Below, piece by piece: positions 19,778-30,540 of a stretch of 64,000 nucleotides of DNA (positions are counted from its first letter, which is position 1; each line of letters begins with the position of its first letter). Below the pieces are notes generated by a model. That model saw nothing but the letters and a program-made list of their open reading frames with translations, was not told where the DNA came from and made no database searches. Source of the stretch: Thermoproteota archaeon (GTDB taxonomy: Archaea; Korarchaeota; JAOZGF01; JAOZFZ01); NCBI GenBank assembly GCA_027492035.1, contig JAOZFT010000001.1, forward strand, positions 32,001 through 96,000. Reading direction: 5' to 3'. Position numbers and translations under genes: made by a program.

Positions 19778-20434
19778 TCACTCTAAACTTTTCATTAATT
19801 TCTTAGCTTGAAAATGGGCAAGTCTCAGCGGTTCAGGTGTCCTGTGCTTTATTAGAGAAGTAACTATTTTTAGTGAAGTTTCAAGTGAAACCTTGTGGCC
19901 TGGACTCACATAAATTGGTTTCCTTTTTCCTCCAAGAGTTATTTCGTAACCCACTAGTTCACCCTTGTAGATTACTCCTTTAACGTTTCTGATGCCTAAA
20001 TCACGAAGGTTTCCGCATAAAAGATTTTTTGCTACGCCTATGGTTGGAATGTTAAAGTAAACCCCAATCAATGTTGCTTCTCCTGCCTTAAATGGATGCA
20101 ATAAGCCGTTGCCATCTATTAATAATAGGTCAGGCTTGTTTTCTAATTTTTTAATTACAGAGATTATGGGTGAAGCTTCCCTGAAGAAAAGAAAGGTTGG
20201 GACATACGGAAATTTAACGTTGGTTATTGATTTTTGAACTTCTAAAATTTCCAGATGGGGAAATTTAATCGATACAGCAGCTGAGAAAGCCTTGTCCCCT
20301 TTATAGGACACATCGACACCAGTTACTACATTTATTGTTGAAGGTAAGTTGTTTTTGAAAACAGCTTTATTTGCAAGTAATTTCTGGGCTTTACGTGCTT
20401 TTTCGAAGTTGAATTTTTCAATTGTGGTTTTCAA
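19778..20434 (-). CDS. nfi: Endonuclease V
   Basis: GVDVSY, FPYVP...FRE, IDGNGLLHP, TIGVAK, YVSPGH, PEPLRLAH; likely TTG start 20434 (track 20482). Confidence 0.93.
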   Translation of the reverse strand: MKTTIEKFNFEKARKAQKLLANKAVFKNNLPSTINVVTGVDVSYKGDKAFSAAVSIKFPHLEILEVQKSITNVKFPYVPTFLFFREASPIISVIKKLENKPDLLLIDGNGLLHPFKAGEATLIGVYFNIPTIGVAKNLLCGNLRDLGIRNVKGVIYKGELVGYEITLGGKRKPIYVSPGHKVSLETSLKIVTSLIKHRTPEPLRLAHFQAKKLMKSLE

Positions 20435-20648
20435 AAAGAAACCCCTCATCGAAAAAAACATGTTTTCTCTTTGCCTTTCCAAAAGGTCTTTACTTTATTA
20501 AAACTTCTTTTCTTTTCTTCCCTTCTCTCCTTTCACCATTCTTCTTTTTTCCTGATTTAAAAATGAAATAGAAAAAGCTTAAAAAAGGTTACTTGTTAAA
20601 AAATTAGGGAAAAAAGAAAAAGCAGTTTAAAGGATAGGAGAGAGTGAA

Positions 20649-20918
20649 ATGTCAGCAATTAAAGTTGTTAAGGAATTAGGTGCAAGAATAATAGCTATGA
20701 AAGACGATGGCACACCTAGGCAGATACTGAAAGGGTACATAAAAGAGGGAAGGTATGGAAAATTTATTTCTATAGAGAAACATTGGGTGCAGACTGACTT
20801 AGAGGAATTTACTGATTCAAAATGGGCTAGATGGTCCATCTCAATACCTTACGACAGAGATAAAGCCATAGCTCTAATTGAAAATATGAAGGAACTGGTT
20901 GAGGAAGCTTTCAAATAA
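20649..20918 (+). CDS. Small hypothetical protein, possible PC4/Whirly-like ssDNA-binding fold
   Basis: GGAGAG SD; several predicted beta strands with W/Y/F residues followed by one C-terminal amphipathic helix. Confidence 0.6.
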   Translation: MSAIKVVKELGARIIAMKDDGTPRQILKGYIKEGRYGKFISIEKHWVQTDLEEFTDSKWARWSISIPYDRDKAIALIENMKELVEEAFK

Positions 20919-21123
20919 AATTGTTAATTTTCAAGAATTTGAAGTGTTTAAGGGAGAAATACCGGGAAACATACTTAATAACTTGAATCAATCACAGCTT
21001 GAAGAGGAAATTCTTTAAGGAATCTGTAAGTGAAGGCAAAAACTCAATAAGGTAGACATTGCCCCAATCTTTTATTAATTTTCCTTTAATAAGGTTTTTC
21101 AACTGTTAAGGAAAGGGGTACAA

Positions 21124-22392
21124 ATGAAAATGAGCAAAGAAGAAGTCAGTGACAGGGAAATTGAAAAAGTAAGCCTTAAACTTTCTAAGAGTCTTTTTTT
21201 AGTTGCTGGTTTCTCTTCTTTTTCAGTCAGCTTATTTAACCCTTTCCTAAATTTTTACGCTGTTTTCATTGGAGCCTCATTTACTGAACTTGGTTGGTTA
21301 ACTTCTGCGAAAAACTTGTTTCTAAACGTTTTCCAACTTTTTTGGGGTTATTTAAGTGACTTAAAGGGTAAAAGAATTTTTTTGGGGGTTGGTTATTTAT
21401 TTACGGGTTTATTGGTTTTAACTGTTTGTTGGGTTAACTCAAGCTTGGTCTTAATAGGTTTAGTTACACTTCTTTATTTTCTTTACTCAATGACTTTGCC
21501 TTCATGGACTTCTTTACTTGGCGATTACAGTGAAGAATCTACTAGAGGGAAAGTTTTAGGCATTGTTGGTTTTGTCTCCCAATTTGCAAGTGTAACAGCT
21601 TACTTAGTTGTTGTCACACTCACTTTCAACTCAAAGTTAAGTAATGAGTTCCTGATAAAGATACCTTTCATATTGGCGGGTTTTACGTCTTTAACAGCAT
21701 CTTTTTTCGTTCTCCCATTGAAAGAAAAGAGAAACAACCAAATTAGAAAAATAGCTGAAAGTTTCACTGGAAGTTTTAAAGTGGGAAATTATAGACGTTT
21801 CCTTTACCTATCAAGCTTTAATGCTTTCTCAATGTCTCTTGTTTGGCCTATTTTTTCATATTTAACCGTCTTATTAACAAATAATACTGTTTGGGAAATG
21901 GCTTTGATTTGGGGGGCTTGGAGCATTTCTAATTCATTAGGTCAAAGATTTCTAGGTAAACTCATTGATTTATATGGCAGGAAACCTTTTCTCATAATCA
22001 GTAAGTTTTCTTTATTCGTGGTTCCCTTAGGTTACATCCTTTCCAACCTTTCCAGTTCATGGGTTGAATTGTTTGTTGTTATGTTAACTGCTGGGGTTTT
22101 TATGTCCCTTTCAATAGTTTCAGAAACAGCTTATATTTTGGATTGTGCAGAGGAAGGAGAAAGAGCTTCCTTCACAGCAATGTTTAACTTTCTTACAGGT
22201 ATTTTCTCATTTACGGGTTCAATGGTAGGAGGCTTTCTTACAGATTTGTTTAAATTCTCATTCACAACTTCAACCTCCCTTAATTTGGTGTTGCTTGTTT
22301 CTTTAGTACTAAGGGTAGTTTCAGGTCTCTCCTATAAAACTTTGAAAGAAGTACATGTTCCAATAAGGCAGCAATCCAGCTTTTCTTCGTAA
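21124..22392 (+). CDS. Major facilitator superfamily transporter
   Basis: About 12 hydrophobic segments; WGYLSDLKGKR and LGKLIDLYGRKP motif-A repeats. Confidence 0.92.
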   Translation: MKMSKEEVSDREIEKVSLKLSKSLFLVAGFSSFSVSLFNPFLNFYAVFIGASFTELGWLTSAKNLFLNVFQLFWGYLSDLKGKRIFLGVGYLFTGLLVLTVCWVNSSLVLIGLVTLLYFLYSMTLPSWTSLLGDYSEESTRGKVLGIVGFVSQFASVTAYLVVVTLTFNSKLSNEFLIKIPFILAGFTSLTASFFVLPLKEKRNNQIRKIAESFTGSFKVGNYRRFLYLSSFNAFSMSLVWPIFSYLTVLLTNNTVWEMALIWGAWSISNSLGQRFLGKLIDLYGRKPFLIISKFSLFVVPLGYILSNLSSSWVELFVVMLTAGVFMSLSIVSETAYILDCAEEGERASFTAMFNFLTGIFSFTGSMVGGFLTDLFKFSFTTSTSLNLVLLVSLVLRVVSGLSYKTLKEVHVPIRQQSSFSS

Positions 22393-22509
22393 AGGGGACT
22401 TCATTTTGAACTTTAAAGTATTTCTGAACAAGGCAAGATCCCAGTTGGAAATTCAGAGAAGGTTTATTTCAGTTTTCTTCCGCAATTAGTGCAATAAATG
22501 CCATCTGGG

Positions 22510-24588
22510 TTAACAAGTGCACTGCAGAAGGGACAGTAACCCTGCTGCTTTCTTTTGAGCAGGTGGTGGGTAAGTGGAGGAAATAGGTGTTTGAGGCTTA
22601 AAACCTCTCTTACGCAAAAGATATACAGCAATAATAACAGCTACTACCCCAACTATAAGAATTAATGTGAATGAAGGTGCTTCGTAAGGGGATGGTGAAG
22701 GTGAAGCAGTAAAGGAGGGTTTTGGGCTTTGATAAGTGGGGGTTGAAGTTGGCGTGGGAAATGATGGTGGAGAGGGGGAAGGGACTGAAGGGGATGGAGT
22801 TAAAGTTGGGGTAGGAGAGGGAGTTGGTGAAGGAGATGAAACCGGTACTGCAGTTTCTGGGTAAGTGTATACTTCCGTTAACTGGTCGTTAGATGATACT
22901 TCATCATCTCCATCAACATCTTCCCATTCAACCACCAAATACTGGGCTGGTTTAGGATTTTGGGCAAGTTTCCAAAAGTTATTCCTTAGATATTGGAGGG
23001 CTGCATCTGTACCTTGTTTAGTTATCCCCTCGATTAAAATAGAGGGGCTGTCGGATTTAACTTGAGCAGTGAATGCAATTATGCCATAATCCCTTTTTCC
23101 AACTTGGGAAGGATTTATTGAACCTCGAAATTCACCAATTTTAATTGTGTCACTTGTTAGGGTGATATTAAATATTTTGTTCAGTTTTGCTGTGGCAGGG
23201 TTATTTGAGGGGTTACCGATCACGTAACTATTAGGTTCCGGTTTATCCGTATATTTAACAGTTCCCTTAATTTTGTTTGCGAAGTCTAAAGCTTGTTTTT
23301 TGTTTGGGGAATTTACACCTATGATTATCGTGGGTTGTGGTTTAAGGTTTCCTAATGATTTAGAGTCAACAGAGTGCCATTTATTCAATGTTTTTTCTGC
23401 CTCGCTTAAGCATTCACTCCATTTACCGTTCAGGTAAAGGTTTTCAACTGAGGAAACAGCGCTTGAAACCCAGTTCAAATTCAACTTATTACTTCTTTCC
23501 TTAAGTAAGTCTAGAGCTGAAAGAGCTTCACCTCTTTCAGGGTCTATTTTACTAAGCATTTCTTTCCAGTTTGAAGATGATAAGGCAAGATTCCTTAATT
23601 CATCAAAGGCTTGGTAAATGTCAAACCCCTTTTCCTGTCTCAGTTCTTCATAGATTTCGTAGATGGTTTTTTGCGGAGGAGCCTCTAAAATAAGTTTCCA
23701 AAAGGTTTGAAGGATGCCTCTACCATATTTCTTGTCAATATAGTAAAGGAGGGTGTAACCGACAGAGTAAATGTCTAAAGCTGCGCCTTTGTAGTAAAAG
23801 TTGTGAAGGTAATGTTTGGGATATGTCTCAAACCAGTACTGTGAATTGTAGTCTACATTTATTGTTTCACCACTTGCTTTCTTGTAGTAAGAGTTGGGGT
23901 TTCGGAACATTTGGTAAGCCAGTTTAAAGTGTTCTTCTTCAGGGTTGATGCCGCATTTAACTTGTACCTCATCATCCTGAAAGAAAAGGTCGCATCTTAT
24001 CGCTTTCTCAAATTGATTTGTTTCCCTTAAAAGGTTTAGTGAGACATACTCCGCAGAGGCTTCATCAACCCATAAACCAGTCCAGAAATTCTGCTGACTC
24101 CAAAGGGTAGTATCATAAAAATAGGAGTGAACTGCTTCATGAAGAACAGTTTGCTGATGATCAAGGAAAAGTTCATAGTTATGTAAAACGATGTTTTTCT
24201 CTGCGGAGCGGATAGTATAAGCACCGCCTACAAGCCAATAAGTGCCAATTGATTCGAAAACAACCTGAACTTCACCTCTGTACCTAGGAGGAGTACCGAT
24301 AAAGTCTTTCATGTAAGGAAACAATTGATTCAAGAAATTAGTGTAGTTTTCGCCTTGAGCCCGCATATTCACAGGAAAGTGTAGATATGGTTCAAGTTCA
24401 GGATGATATTTCTTAATCCATTCCCTACATGCAACAATAGACGAGGCAGTTTGAGGGAATTTATTAACAAAGATGATTTCAGGATTTTGGGCATGTATTG
24501 AGGGAACAGGAGTAATTAACAGGATCAACAATATTGTAAATGTATAGGGAAAAATTTTTCTTCTTTCCATTTTTTTTCCATCTTTCAA
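22510..24588 (-). CDS. Secreted, membrane-anchored gluzincin (clan MA) metallopeptidase with Pro/Ser/Thr linker; out-of-frame C-terminal zinc ribbon to 22464
   Basis: Signal peptide, VLHEAVHS...WVDEASAEY (HExxH plus downstream E), S-layer-like GNPSNNP segment, PSPTPSPT linker, TM LILIVGVVAVIIAVYLL followed by RKR. Confidence 0.8.
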   Translation of the reverse strand: MKDGKKMERRKIFPYTFTILLILLITPVPSIHAQNPEIIFVNKFPQTASSIVACREWIKKYHPELEPYLHFPVNMRAQGENYTNFLNQLFPYMKDFIGTPPRYRGEVQVVFESIGTYWLVGGAYTIRSAEKNIVLHNYELFLDHQQTVLHEAVHSYFYDTTLWSQQNFWTGLWVDEASAEYVSLNLLRETNQFEKAIRCDLFFQDDEVQVKCGINPEEEHFKLAYQMFRNPNSYYKKASGETINVDYNSQYWFETYPKHYLHNFYYKGAALDIYSVGYTLLYYIDKKYGRGILQTFWKLILEAPPQKTIYEIYEELRQEKGFDIYQAFDELRNLALSSSNWKEMLSKIDPERGEALSALDLLKERSNKLNLNWVSSAVSSVENLYLNGKWSECLSEAEKTLNKWHSVDSKSLGNLKPQPTIIIGVNSPNKKQALDFANKIKGTVKYTDKPEPNSYVIGNPSNNPATAKLNKIFNITLTSDTIKIGEFRGSINPSQVGKRDYGIIAFTAQVKSDSPSILIEGITKQGTDAALQYLRNNFWKLAQNPKPAQYLVVEWEDVDGDDEVSSNDQLTEVYTYPETAVPVSSPSPTPSPTPTLTPSPSVPSPSPPSFPTPTSTPTYQSPKPSFTASPSPSPYEAPSFTLILIVGVVAVIIAVYLLRKRGFKPQTPISSTYPPPAQKKAAGLLSLLQCTC
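22681..22845 (-). repeat. Pro/Ser/Thr low-complexity coding linker
   Basis: Encodes SSPSPTPSPTPTLTPSPSVPSPSPPSFPTPTSTPT...SPSPSP. Confidence 0.7.
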
Positions 24589-24869
24589 AACAAGTACATA
24601 GACTGCAAAAATTTAGGGAAGATTTTGTAATTTTTAAACTTTTTGTTAAAAATTTTTCTTGAAATTGTAAATGAAGTTGAGGTTTAAATAATGGAAAGGC
24701 TAGTTTTTAAAACATGAAATATAAAGGTGAAAGTATGTTACAGTTCCCCTATAACATCCTCTCGTTTTTCCTTTAAAAATACGTTTTGTACAGGTTGAAT
24801 TTATTCCCTTTTTTACTCCTTCCCAAATAAGAAACTGCCTCCTCAAAAAAAACCTTTTTTTAGAGTTTT

Positions 24870-26048
24870 TCAAATAACGGTTTCCATCACTTTGTTTATT
24901 TTCATGATTAACCCGTTAAGGAAAGCGTTTAGCTCTGCTGTTTCAACTCCACTTACCCCTATTTTTGTTAATCCCTTGATTTCTATTAATCCCTTATCGG
25001 CTAGGTTTTGAAGTTGTTCATCTATCTCTTTCCTTTTCCTTTGTTTTAATTCTTCACAAACAACTTTGTAAACTTCCTTTATTTTATTGTAGGGTACATA
25101 AGGTTCTTCTTTCCGTTGCAGTGCACGGGCTACACTTAAAAGAACAACTTTTTCTTGGAAAGGTAGATTTAATATTTCGTCTGTGGTGATTAAGTAGGAT
25201 TTTTCTTTGAAAACGCTCCTAACGTGTTCGGGCATTATTTTCCTAAAACCTTGCGCTTCAGCCAGTGTCCCTGCATAGAGTAAAAGATCTAAAGCTGCCC
25301 TTGCGTCACCATTTATTGGAGGTTTAGAACAGAGGTCTGAAATAAATTCAACAAGGTCTTCACTCACCACTCCAGGTTTGAAAGATTCGTTAACTCGAAG
25401 CAATAAGATGTCTTTCAGCTGTTTGTGATTGTATGATTGAAATCTTATGTAGTTCCTTCCTAGAGTGCTTAATTCAGCTGGTTCAAGTTTTTCATGAAAC
25501 TTCTTAGACCTAGCAATGAATATTTCTCCTAGGAAGTTTAAAGGTTCACCTGGGCTTAATTCGCTGAGCCTGGTCAACTCATAAACTAATTTTTCCCTGC
25601 TATAATTTACGAAGTAGTCTATCTCATCAAAAACAGCTATTAAGTAGGTTTTTTTCTTTTTTAAATAATTTATTAATTCATTAAGCATTTCAAGAGCACT
25701 TAAGTTTTGAGAAAAAATTTCAGGTGCTGCCTTTAAAACCATTGTGCGGTAAAGAACTACTTTGCTTGTACCCAGCAGCCTTAAATTCAAATAAACTGAC
25801 TTAATCCTTAATTTTTTCTTTAAAGCTTCTTTTTCAAATTCTTTAGTGAAAAGGATAGCTGTACATGTTTTCCCTGAACCTGTTACGCCGATTAATTGAG
25901 CTATTTTCAAAAATTTTTCAGAGGGTTTTTCCAATGAATCAAAAAACAAAAGTTTAAGCTGATTTAACTGCTTCCCTCTATGGGGGAGAGAGTTAGGTAT
26001 GTAAGTGGGTAGGAGTTTATTTTTATCTTTAAAAATTAGACTTCGCAA
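24870..26048 (-). CDS. cdc6: Orc1/Cdc6 replication initiator
   Basis: LPHR, Walker A GVTGSGKT, Walker B VFDEID, IL..R, GDAR.ALDLL, C-terminal winged helix. Confidence 0.92.
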   Translation of the reverse strand: MRSLIFKDKNKLLPTYIPNSLPHRGKQLNQLKLLFFDSLEKPSEKFLKIAQLIGVTGSGKTCTAILFTKEFEKEALKKKLRIKSVYLNLRLLGTSKVVLYRTMVLKAAPEIFSQNLSALEMLNELINYLKKKKTYLIAVFDEIDYFVNYSREKLVYELTRLSELSPGEPLNFLGEIFIARSKKFHEKLEPAELSTLGRNYIRFQSYNHKQLKDILLLRVNESFKPGVVSEDLVEFISDLCSKPPINGDARAALDLLLYAGTLAEAQGFRKIMPEHVRSVFKEKSYLITTDEILNLPFQEKVVLLSVARALQRKEEPYVPYNKIKEVYKVVCEELKQRKRKEIDEQLQNLADKGLIEIKGLTKIGVSGVETAELNAFLNGLIMKINKVMETVI

Positions 26049-26095
26049 GGAAAACCTCTCAACACATTAAAAGGTCTTTCTTCATAGAAATCTTC

Positions 26096-26608
26096 TTAAG
26101 TAAAAGATTGAGAAATTTTAATCAATACATCATCTTGGTTGACGAATGCACCTTCCCTCACCATTACTTCGGTAATCACTCCCTCAACCGGGGAACGAAT
26201 TTCATTTTCCATTTTCATTGATTCAATAATCAAAAGCAGTTCACCCCGAGCTACTTTTCCTCTATTCTTCACTTTTAAAGAAACAACTTTACCAGCCATT
26301 GGAGCCTTAACAATCACTTCCCCCTTTTCTCCCCTCTTCCCAATCTTTAATTCCTTAACTGAAACAAGATGTTTAACCCCGTACTCTTCTACTAAATACA
26401 CTCCTTCCTCTATTTCTTTAACGTTTACATAAAAGGGTTTGTTCTTTTGAGCAGTCTTAACTTGGACGTAGTTTCTGTTTTGCGGAGAAATTTGAAACCT
26501 TTCTTCTTTTTCGTTAATTACCAGCTTCACCGAATCTTCTAGGCTTAAATTTTCCTTTTTCACCCTGAACTTTTTCCCATCCACTGTGACTTCGAATTCC
26601 TTAACCAT
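26096..26608 (-). CDS. accB: Biotin carboxyl carrier protein
   Basis: KAPMAGKV, IESMKMENEI biotinylation motif. Confidence 0.93.
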   Translation of the reverse strand: MVKEFEVTVDGKKFRVKKENLSLEDSVKLVINEKEERFQISPQNRNYVQVKTAQKNKPFYVNVKEIEEGVYLVEEYGVKHLVSVKELKIGKRGEKGEVIVKAPMAGKVVSLKVKNRGKVARGELLLIIESMKMENEIRSPVEGVITEVMVREGAFVNQDDVLIKISQSFT

Positions 26609-28143
26609 TTAATCACCGAAAAGTGTTGATTAGCGTTAATTAATTCCCTCCTTCCCTGAATCAACCATCCATTGGAAGCCTTCGTTTCTCCTATCAAGTA
26701 TTCGGTTTTAGTTTTTCTACCTGTTCTTAAATGGTAGTTTAGTGCTGCCGCTATTAATGGGGAGCATTCGTCAATTCTTTTTTTAAAGAGGCTGCTTTTG
26801 TTTTCGTTTATGAATTGAGTATGGGTTTCTCCCTTGATAAATTTTTTATTTCTGACTAGGTTTCTAAAGAAAGGAATATTGGTTTTGACACCCGTGATTT
26901 CGAATTCTTCCAAGGCGTTACGCATTCTTTTAATTGTTTCCTCCCTGTTTCTTCCCCAAGTGATCAATTTAACTAATAAAGCGTCATAAAATGGAGAAAC
27001 TGTGAAGCCTGGGTAAACTGCACTCTCAATTCTCAACCATCCCCCGCATGGAAACCTTAAACTTTCAATTTTTCCAGATGAAGGAGCAAAATCCCTTTCA
27101 GGATCTTCGGCGTAGATTCTGCATTCCATAGCATGCCCATTTAGTATCAATTTTTCTTGTTTTAAGTTTATTTCCTCTCCATAAGCTATTTTTATTTGTT
27201 CCTTAACTATATCTACGCCTGTAACCATTTCAGTGATAGGGTGTTCAACTTGTATACGGGTATTTGCTTCTAAAAAATAGAAGCTGCCCTCTTCATCTCT
27301 TAAAAACTCTATCGTGCAGACGTTATCATAATTTGCCTCTTTAACAAGTTTCACAGCATCTGAACAGATTTTTCTCCTCACTTCATCATCAACAACTGGT
27401 GAGGGGGTTTCCTCCAATAGTTTCTGATGCCTTCTTTGAATAGAACACTCCCTTTCAAACAAATGAATAACGTTACCGTGTTTATCGCTTAAAATCTGAA
27501 CTTCGACGTGTCTGGGCCTACTTAGTTTTTTTTCAAGGTATAAGGTGGAGTTTCCAAAGGCTTTCAAAGCTTCCATTTTAGCTGATTCAAAAACATTAGC
27601 CAGTTCCCTTTTGTTTTTAATTAACCTCATACCTCTCCCGCCTCCTCCTCCTGAAGCTTTAAGGAGCACTGGATACCCTATTTTATCTGCCTCCTCCACT
27701 GCCTCGCTTAATTCCTTCACTGGTTTAAGGCTTCCAGGAATAATTGACCCCCCAATTTTTTCCATCATTTGTCTGGCGTTTATTTTATCCCCTAACTTTT
27801 CTAAGGCTTCAGGGTTTGAACCAATAAACGTTATCCCTTCTTCTTCACATCTTTTTGCAAAGAAGGCGTTTTCAGCCAAGAAGCCGTAACCGGGGTGAAT
27901 AGCTTCTGAACCTGTCTCTTTACAAACTTTAATTATTTTTTCAATGTTGAGGTAGCTTTCGCTGGGTTTAGCTTCCCCAATTAAGTACGCTTCATCTGCA
28001 AATTTCACATGTAGAGAGTTCAGGTCCACTGTAGAGTAAATGGCAACTGTTTTTATTCCTAATTCTTTACAGGCTCTAATCACTCTTAGAGCTATTTCCC
28101 CTCTATTAGCAACTAAAACTTTCTTAAACAAGGAGCAACACAC
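26560..28143 (-). CDS. accC: Biotin carboxylase subunit of acyl-CoA carboxylase
   Basis: VANRGEIA, HPGYGFLAEN, GGGGRGMR, ERECSIQRRHQK, NTRIQVEHP. Confidence 0.95.
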   Translation of the reverse strand: MCCSLFKKVLVANRGEIALRVIRACKELGIKTVAIYSTVDLNSLHVKFADEAYLIGEAKPSESYLNIEKIIKVCKETGSEAIHPGYGFLAENAFFAKRCEEEGITFIGSNPEALEKLGDKINARQMMEKIGGSIIPGSLKPVKELSEAVEEADKIGYPVLLKASGGGGGRGMRLIKNKRELANVFESAKMEALKAFGNSTLYLEKKLSRPRHVEVQILSDKHGNVIHLFERECSIQRRHQKLLEETPSPVVDDEVRRKICSDAVKLVKEANYDNVCTIEFLRDEEGSFYFLEANTRIQVEHPITEMVTGVDIVKEQIKIAYGEEINLKQEKLILNGHAMECRIYAEDPERDFAPSSGKIESLRFPCGGWLRIESAVYPGFTVSPFYDALLVKLITWGRNREETIKRMRNALEEFEITGVKTNIPFFRNLVRNKKFIKGETHTQFINENKSSLFKKRIDECSPLIAAALNYHLRTGRKTKTEYLIGETKASNGWLIQGRRELINANQHFSVIKWLRNSKSQWMGKSSG

Positions 28144-28154
28144 CTTGAAACAGT

Positions 28155-29702
28155 TTAAAGGGGAATATTACAGTGTTTTTTAGGGGGCCTTCTCTCCCTT
28201 TTATTCCTTAAAATTTCGAGGAATTTGATCAAAGCAGGCCTTGTTTCAGCTGGGTCTATTACGTCATCAATATACCCTAACCTGGCTGCCACGTAAGGGT
28301 TAGCGAATTCTTTCCTGTACTCTGAAAGAAGTTTCTCCCTGTATGTTTCAGGGTCAGAAGCTTTAGCTAATTCTTTTCTGAAAATAATGTTTATAGCTCC
28401 ACTTGGACCCATTACTGCTATTTCTGCACTTGGCCAAGCCAGGTTAATATCTGCACCTACATGTTTACTGTTTAAGACATCGTAAGCTCCGCCATATGCC
28501 TTTCTCACAATAACAGTCATTCGAGGCACTGTTGCTTCGCAGAAAGCAAATAAAAGCTTTGAACCATGTTTAATTATTCCTCCATGTTCCTGCGCCGTAC
28601 CTGGAAGGAAACCTGGAACATCAACAAACACAATGAGAGGGATATTAAATGCGTCACAGAACCTTACAAACCTAGCTCCCTTTATTGAAGCATTTATGTC
28701 CAATGCACCAGCCAGGTGGTTAGGTTGATTTGCAACTATCCCTACAGAGTAACCGTTTAACCGAGCAAACCCTGTAATTATGTTTTTAGCCCAGTGTTTA
28801 TGAACTTCCAAAAACTTGCCTTCATCAATTACCCTCCTAATTATTTCTTTCATGTCATAAGGTTTATAAGGGTCTTCAGGCACAATCACTCTTAATTCTT
28901 CGTCTCTTCTAGCAGGGTTATCTTTAGGTTTAGCCCTTGGCGGGTCTTCCATGTTGTTGTTGGGAATGTAACTTAGTAACTCCCTCACTATTCTAAAAGC
29001 CTCTTCTTCATTTTCGGCCAAGAAATGGGCAACACCACTTTTCACATTATGAACTTCAGCTCCCCCTAATTCTTCAAAAGTTATTTCTTCACCTGTTACT
29101 GCTTTAATAACGTTAGGGCCTGTTATAAACATATAACTTGTTCCTTTCACCATTATGATGAAATCTGTAAGTGCAGGTGAATAAACAGCTCCACCGGCAC
29201 ATGGTCCAAGCACAACAGATATTTGAGGAATAACCCCGGAAGCCAAGGTATTCCTGAAGAAAATATAAGCATAACCAGCTAAACTTAAAACCCCCTCCTG
29301 TATCCTCGCACCCCCTGAATCATTTAGACCAATAAAGGGTGCACCCACCTTCATAGCTAAATCCATAACTTTACAGATTTTCTTAGCATGCATTTCACCC
29401 AGTGACCCACCGAAAACGGTGAAGTCTTGGGAAAAAAGAAAAACAAGTCTTCCACTTATTTTACCGTAACCTGTAACTACACCGTCTCCAAAAATTTTCT
29501 TCTCTCCCATCCCAAATTCTGATATTCTGTGCGTAACGAAAGGGTCAATCTCTGTAAATGTCCCTTCATCAACTAAAAGGTTTATTCTTTCACGTGCAGT
29601 TAACTTCCCCCTTTTATGTTGCTCTTCAATTTTCTTTTTCCCTCCTCCAAGTTTTGCCTTCTCTTTCAGCTGTTTTAATTCTTCAATTTTGTCCTTTTCC
29701 AT
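28155..29702 (-). CDS. pccB: Acyl-CoA (acetyl/propionyl-CoA) carboxylase carboxyltransferase subunit
   Basis: [53 protein letters not shown]; ATG 29702 (track 29741). Confidence 0.95.
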   Translation of the reverse strand: MEKDKIEELKQLKEKAKLGGGKKKIEEQHKRGKLTARERINLLVDEGTFTEIDPFVTHRISEFGMGEKKIFGDGVVTGYGKISGRLVFLFSQDFTVFGGSLGEMHAKKICKVMDLAMKVGAPFIGLNDSGGARIQEGVLSLAGYAYIFFRNTLASGVIPQISVVLGPCAGGAVYSPALTDFIIMVKGTSYMFITGPNVIKAVTGEEITFEELGGAEVHNVKSGVAHFLAENEEEAFRIVRELLSYIPNNNMEDPPRAKPKDNPARRDEELRVIVPEDPYKPYDMKEIIRRVIDEGKFLEVHKHWAKNIITGFARLNGYSVGIVANQPNHLAGALDINASIKGARFVRFCDAFNIPLIVFVDVPGFLPGTAQEHGGIIKHGSKLLFAFCEATVPRMTVIVRKAYGGAYDVLNSKHVGADINLAWPSAEIAVMGPSGAINIIFRKELAKASDPETYREKLLSEYRKEFANPYVAARLGYIDDVIDPAETRPALIKFLEILRNKRERRPPKKHCNIPL

Positions 29703-30495
29703 TAACAATCGACCCCTCAAATACTTCAACAACTTCTCCATTCAATTTTTTAATCAATAAACCACCTTTTGGACTTAAAGTTAAAGCTAAGCCTTCAATT
29801 ACTTCCCTGTTACGAATTTTTACTTTTCTCCCAAAGACAGGAGAGAGTTCTCTATAAAGCTTTAATAATTTATCCTTCCCCCCCTTTTCTAGACTAAAGT
29901 AAAGAGAATCGATCTTTTCTAAGAGTTTTTTACATAGATTAAAAAAATCAATTTCGTGTTTTAATTCACTATAAAGAGTTGTTGCGGTTTTTCTTAAAAT
30001 ATGAGGGAAAGACTCGACAGGAAAGTTTATGTTTAAACCTATTCCTCCAATTGCAGCTTCCAAAATGTTTCCTGAGAATTTATTTTCAACTAGGACACCA
30101 CAAACCTTCTTTTCTTCAATTAGGACGTCATTAGGCCATTTAATGGCTGTTTTTACGCCTAAAAACTCCTTTAAAACCAGGGATACAGCAATGCAAAGTA
30201 GATATTGGATAAAGTAAATTGTTTCAGGGTTACGGGGGGAGAAGATAATGGAAAGCCATAACCCCCCCTTCGGAGAAAAAAAATTTTTTCCTTTCCTCCC
30301 CCTCCCTTGGGTTTGAGTATCAGCCAAAACAACTAGCCCCTCCTTAAACCCTTTCTTTAATAGAAAGTAGGCCACGTCATTGGTTGAAGAAACTTTTTCA
30401 AACCAAAAAATATTTGACCCTACAAATTTTGTTTTCAACAATTTTTTCAACTTACTTCCTCTAACAAAGGCTTCATTAAATGAAGGCTTAAACAT
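29683..30495 (-). CDS. birA: Biotin-protein ligase (no N-terminal HTH)
   Basis: [31 protein letters not shown]. Confidence 0.94.
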   Translation of the reverse strand: MFKPSFNEAFVRGSKLKKLLKTKFVGSNIFWFEKVSSTNDVAYFLLKKGFKEGLVVLADTQTQGRGRKGKNFFSPKGGLWLSIIFSPRNPETIYFIQYLLCIAVSLVLKEFLGVKTAIKWPNDVLIEEKKVCGVLVENKFSGNILEAAIGGIGLNINFPVESFPHILRKTATTLYSELKHEIDFFNLCKKLLEKIDSLYFSLEKGGKDKLLKLYRELSPVFGRKVKIRNREVIEGLALTLSPKGGLLIKKLNGEVVEVFEGSIVNGKGQN

Positions 30496-30540
30496 TCCTA
30501 ATTAAACCCTCCAAAAGTGAAATTACTTGATAAAATTGGT

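Noticed and set aside
17573-24790. Dispersed repeat TTTTCCTTTAAAAAT(TTT)ACGTTTT(T)GTA at about 17573 and about 24765
   Set aside because: Read on the minus strand it is BRE plus TATA-like. Two low-complexity copies are best explained as ordinary promoters, not a mobile repeat.
24589-24869. Replication origin next to cdc6
   Set aside because: AT-rich, but no repeated ORB/mini-ORB (TTCCAxTGGAAA plus G-string) elements are visible. Single look-alikes at about 22441 and about 39605 are isolated and distant.
26096-30495. Evidence for 3-hydroxypropionate/4-hydroxybutyrate autotrophy
   Set aside because: Only the carboxylase and BirA are present. No malonyl-CoA reductase, methylmalonyl-CoA mutase or 4-hydroxybutyryl-CoA dehydratase is in the window, and a catabolic role is equally plausible.
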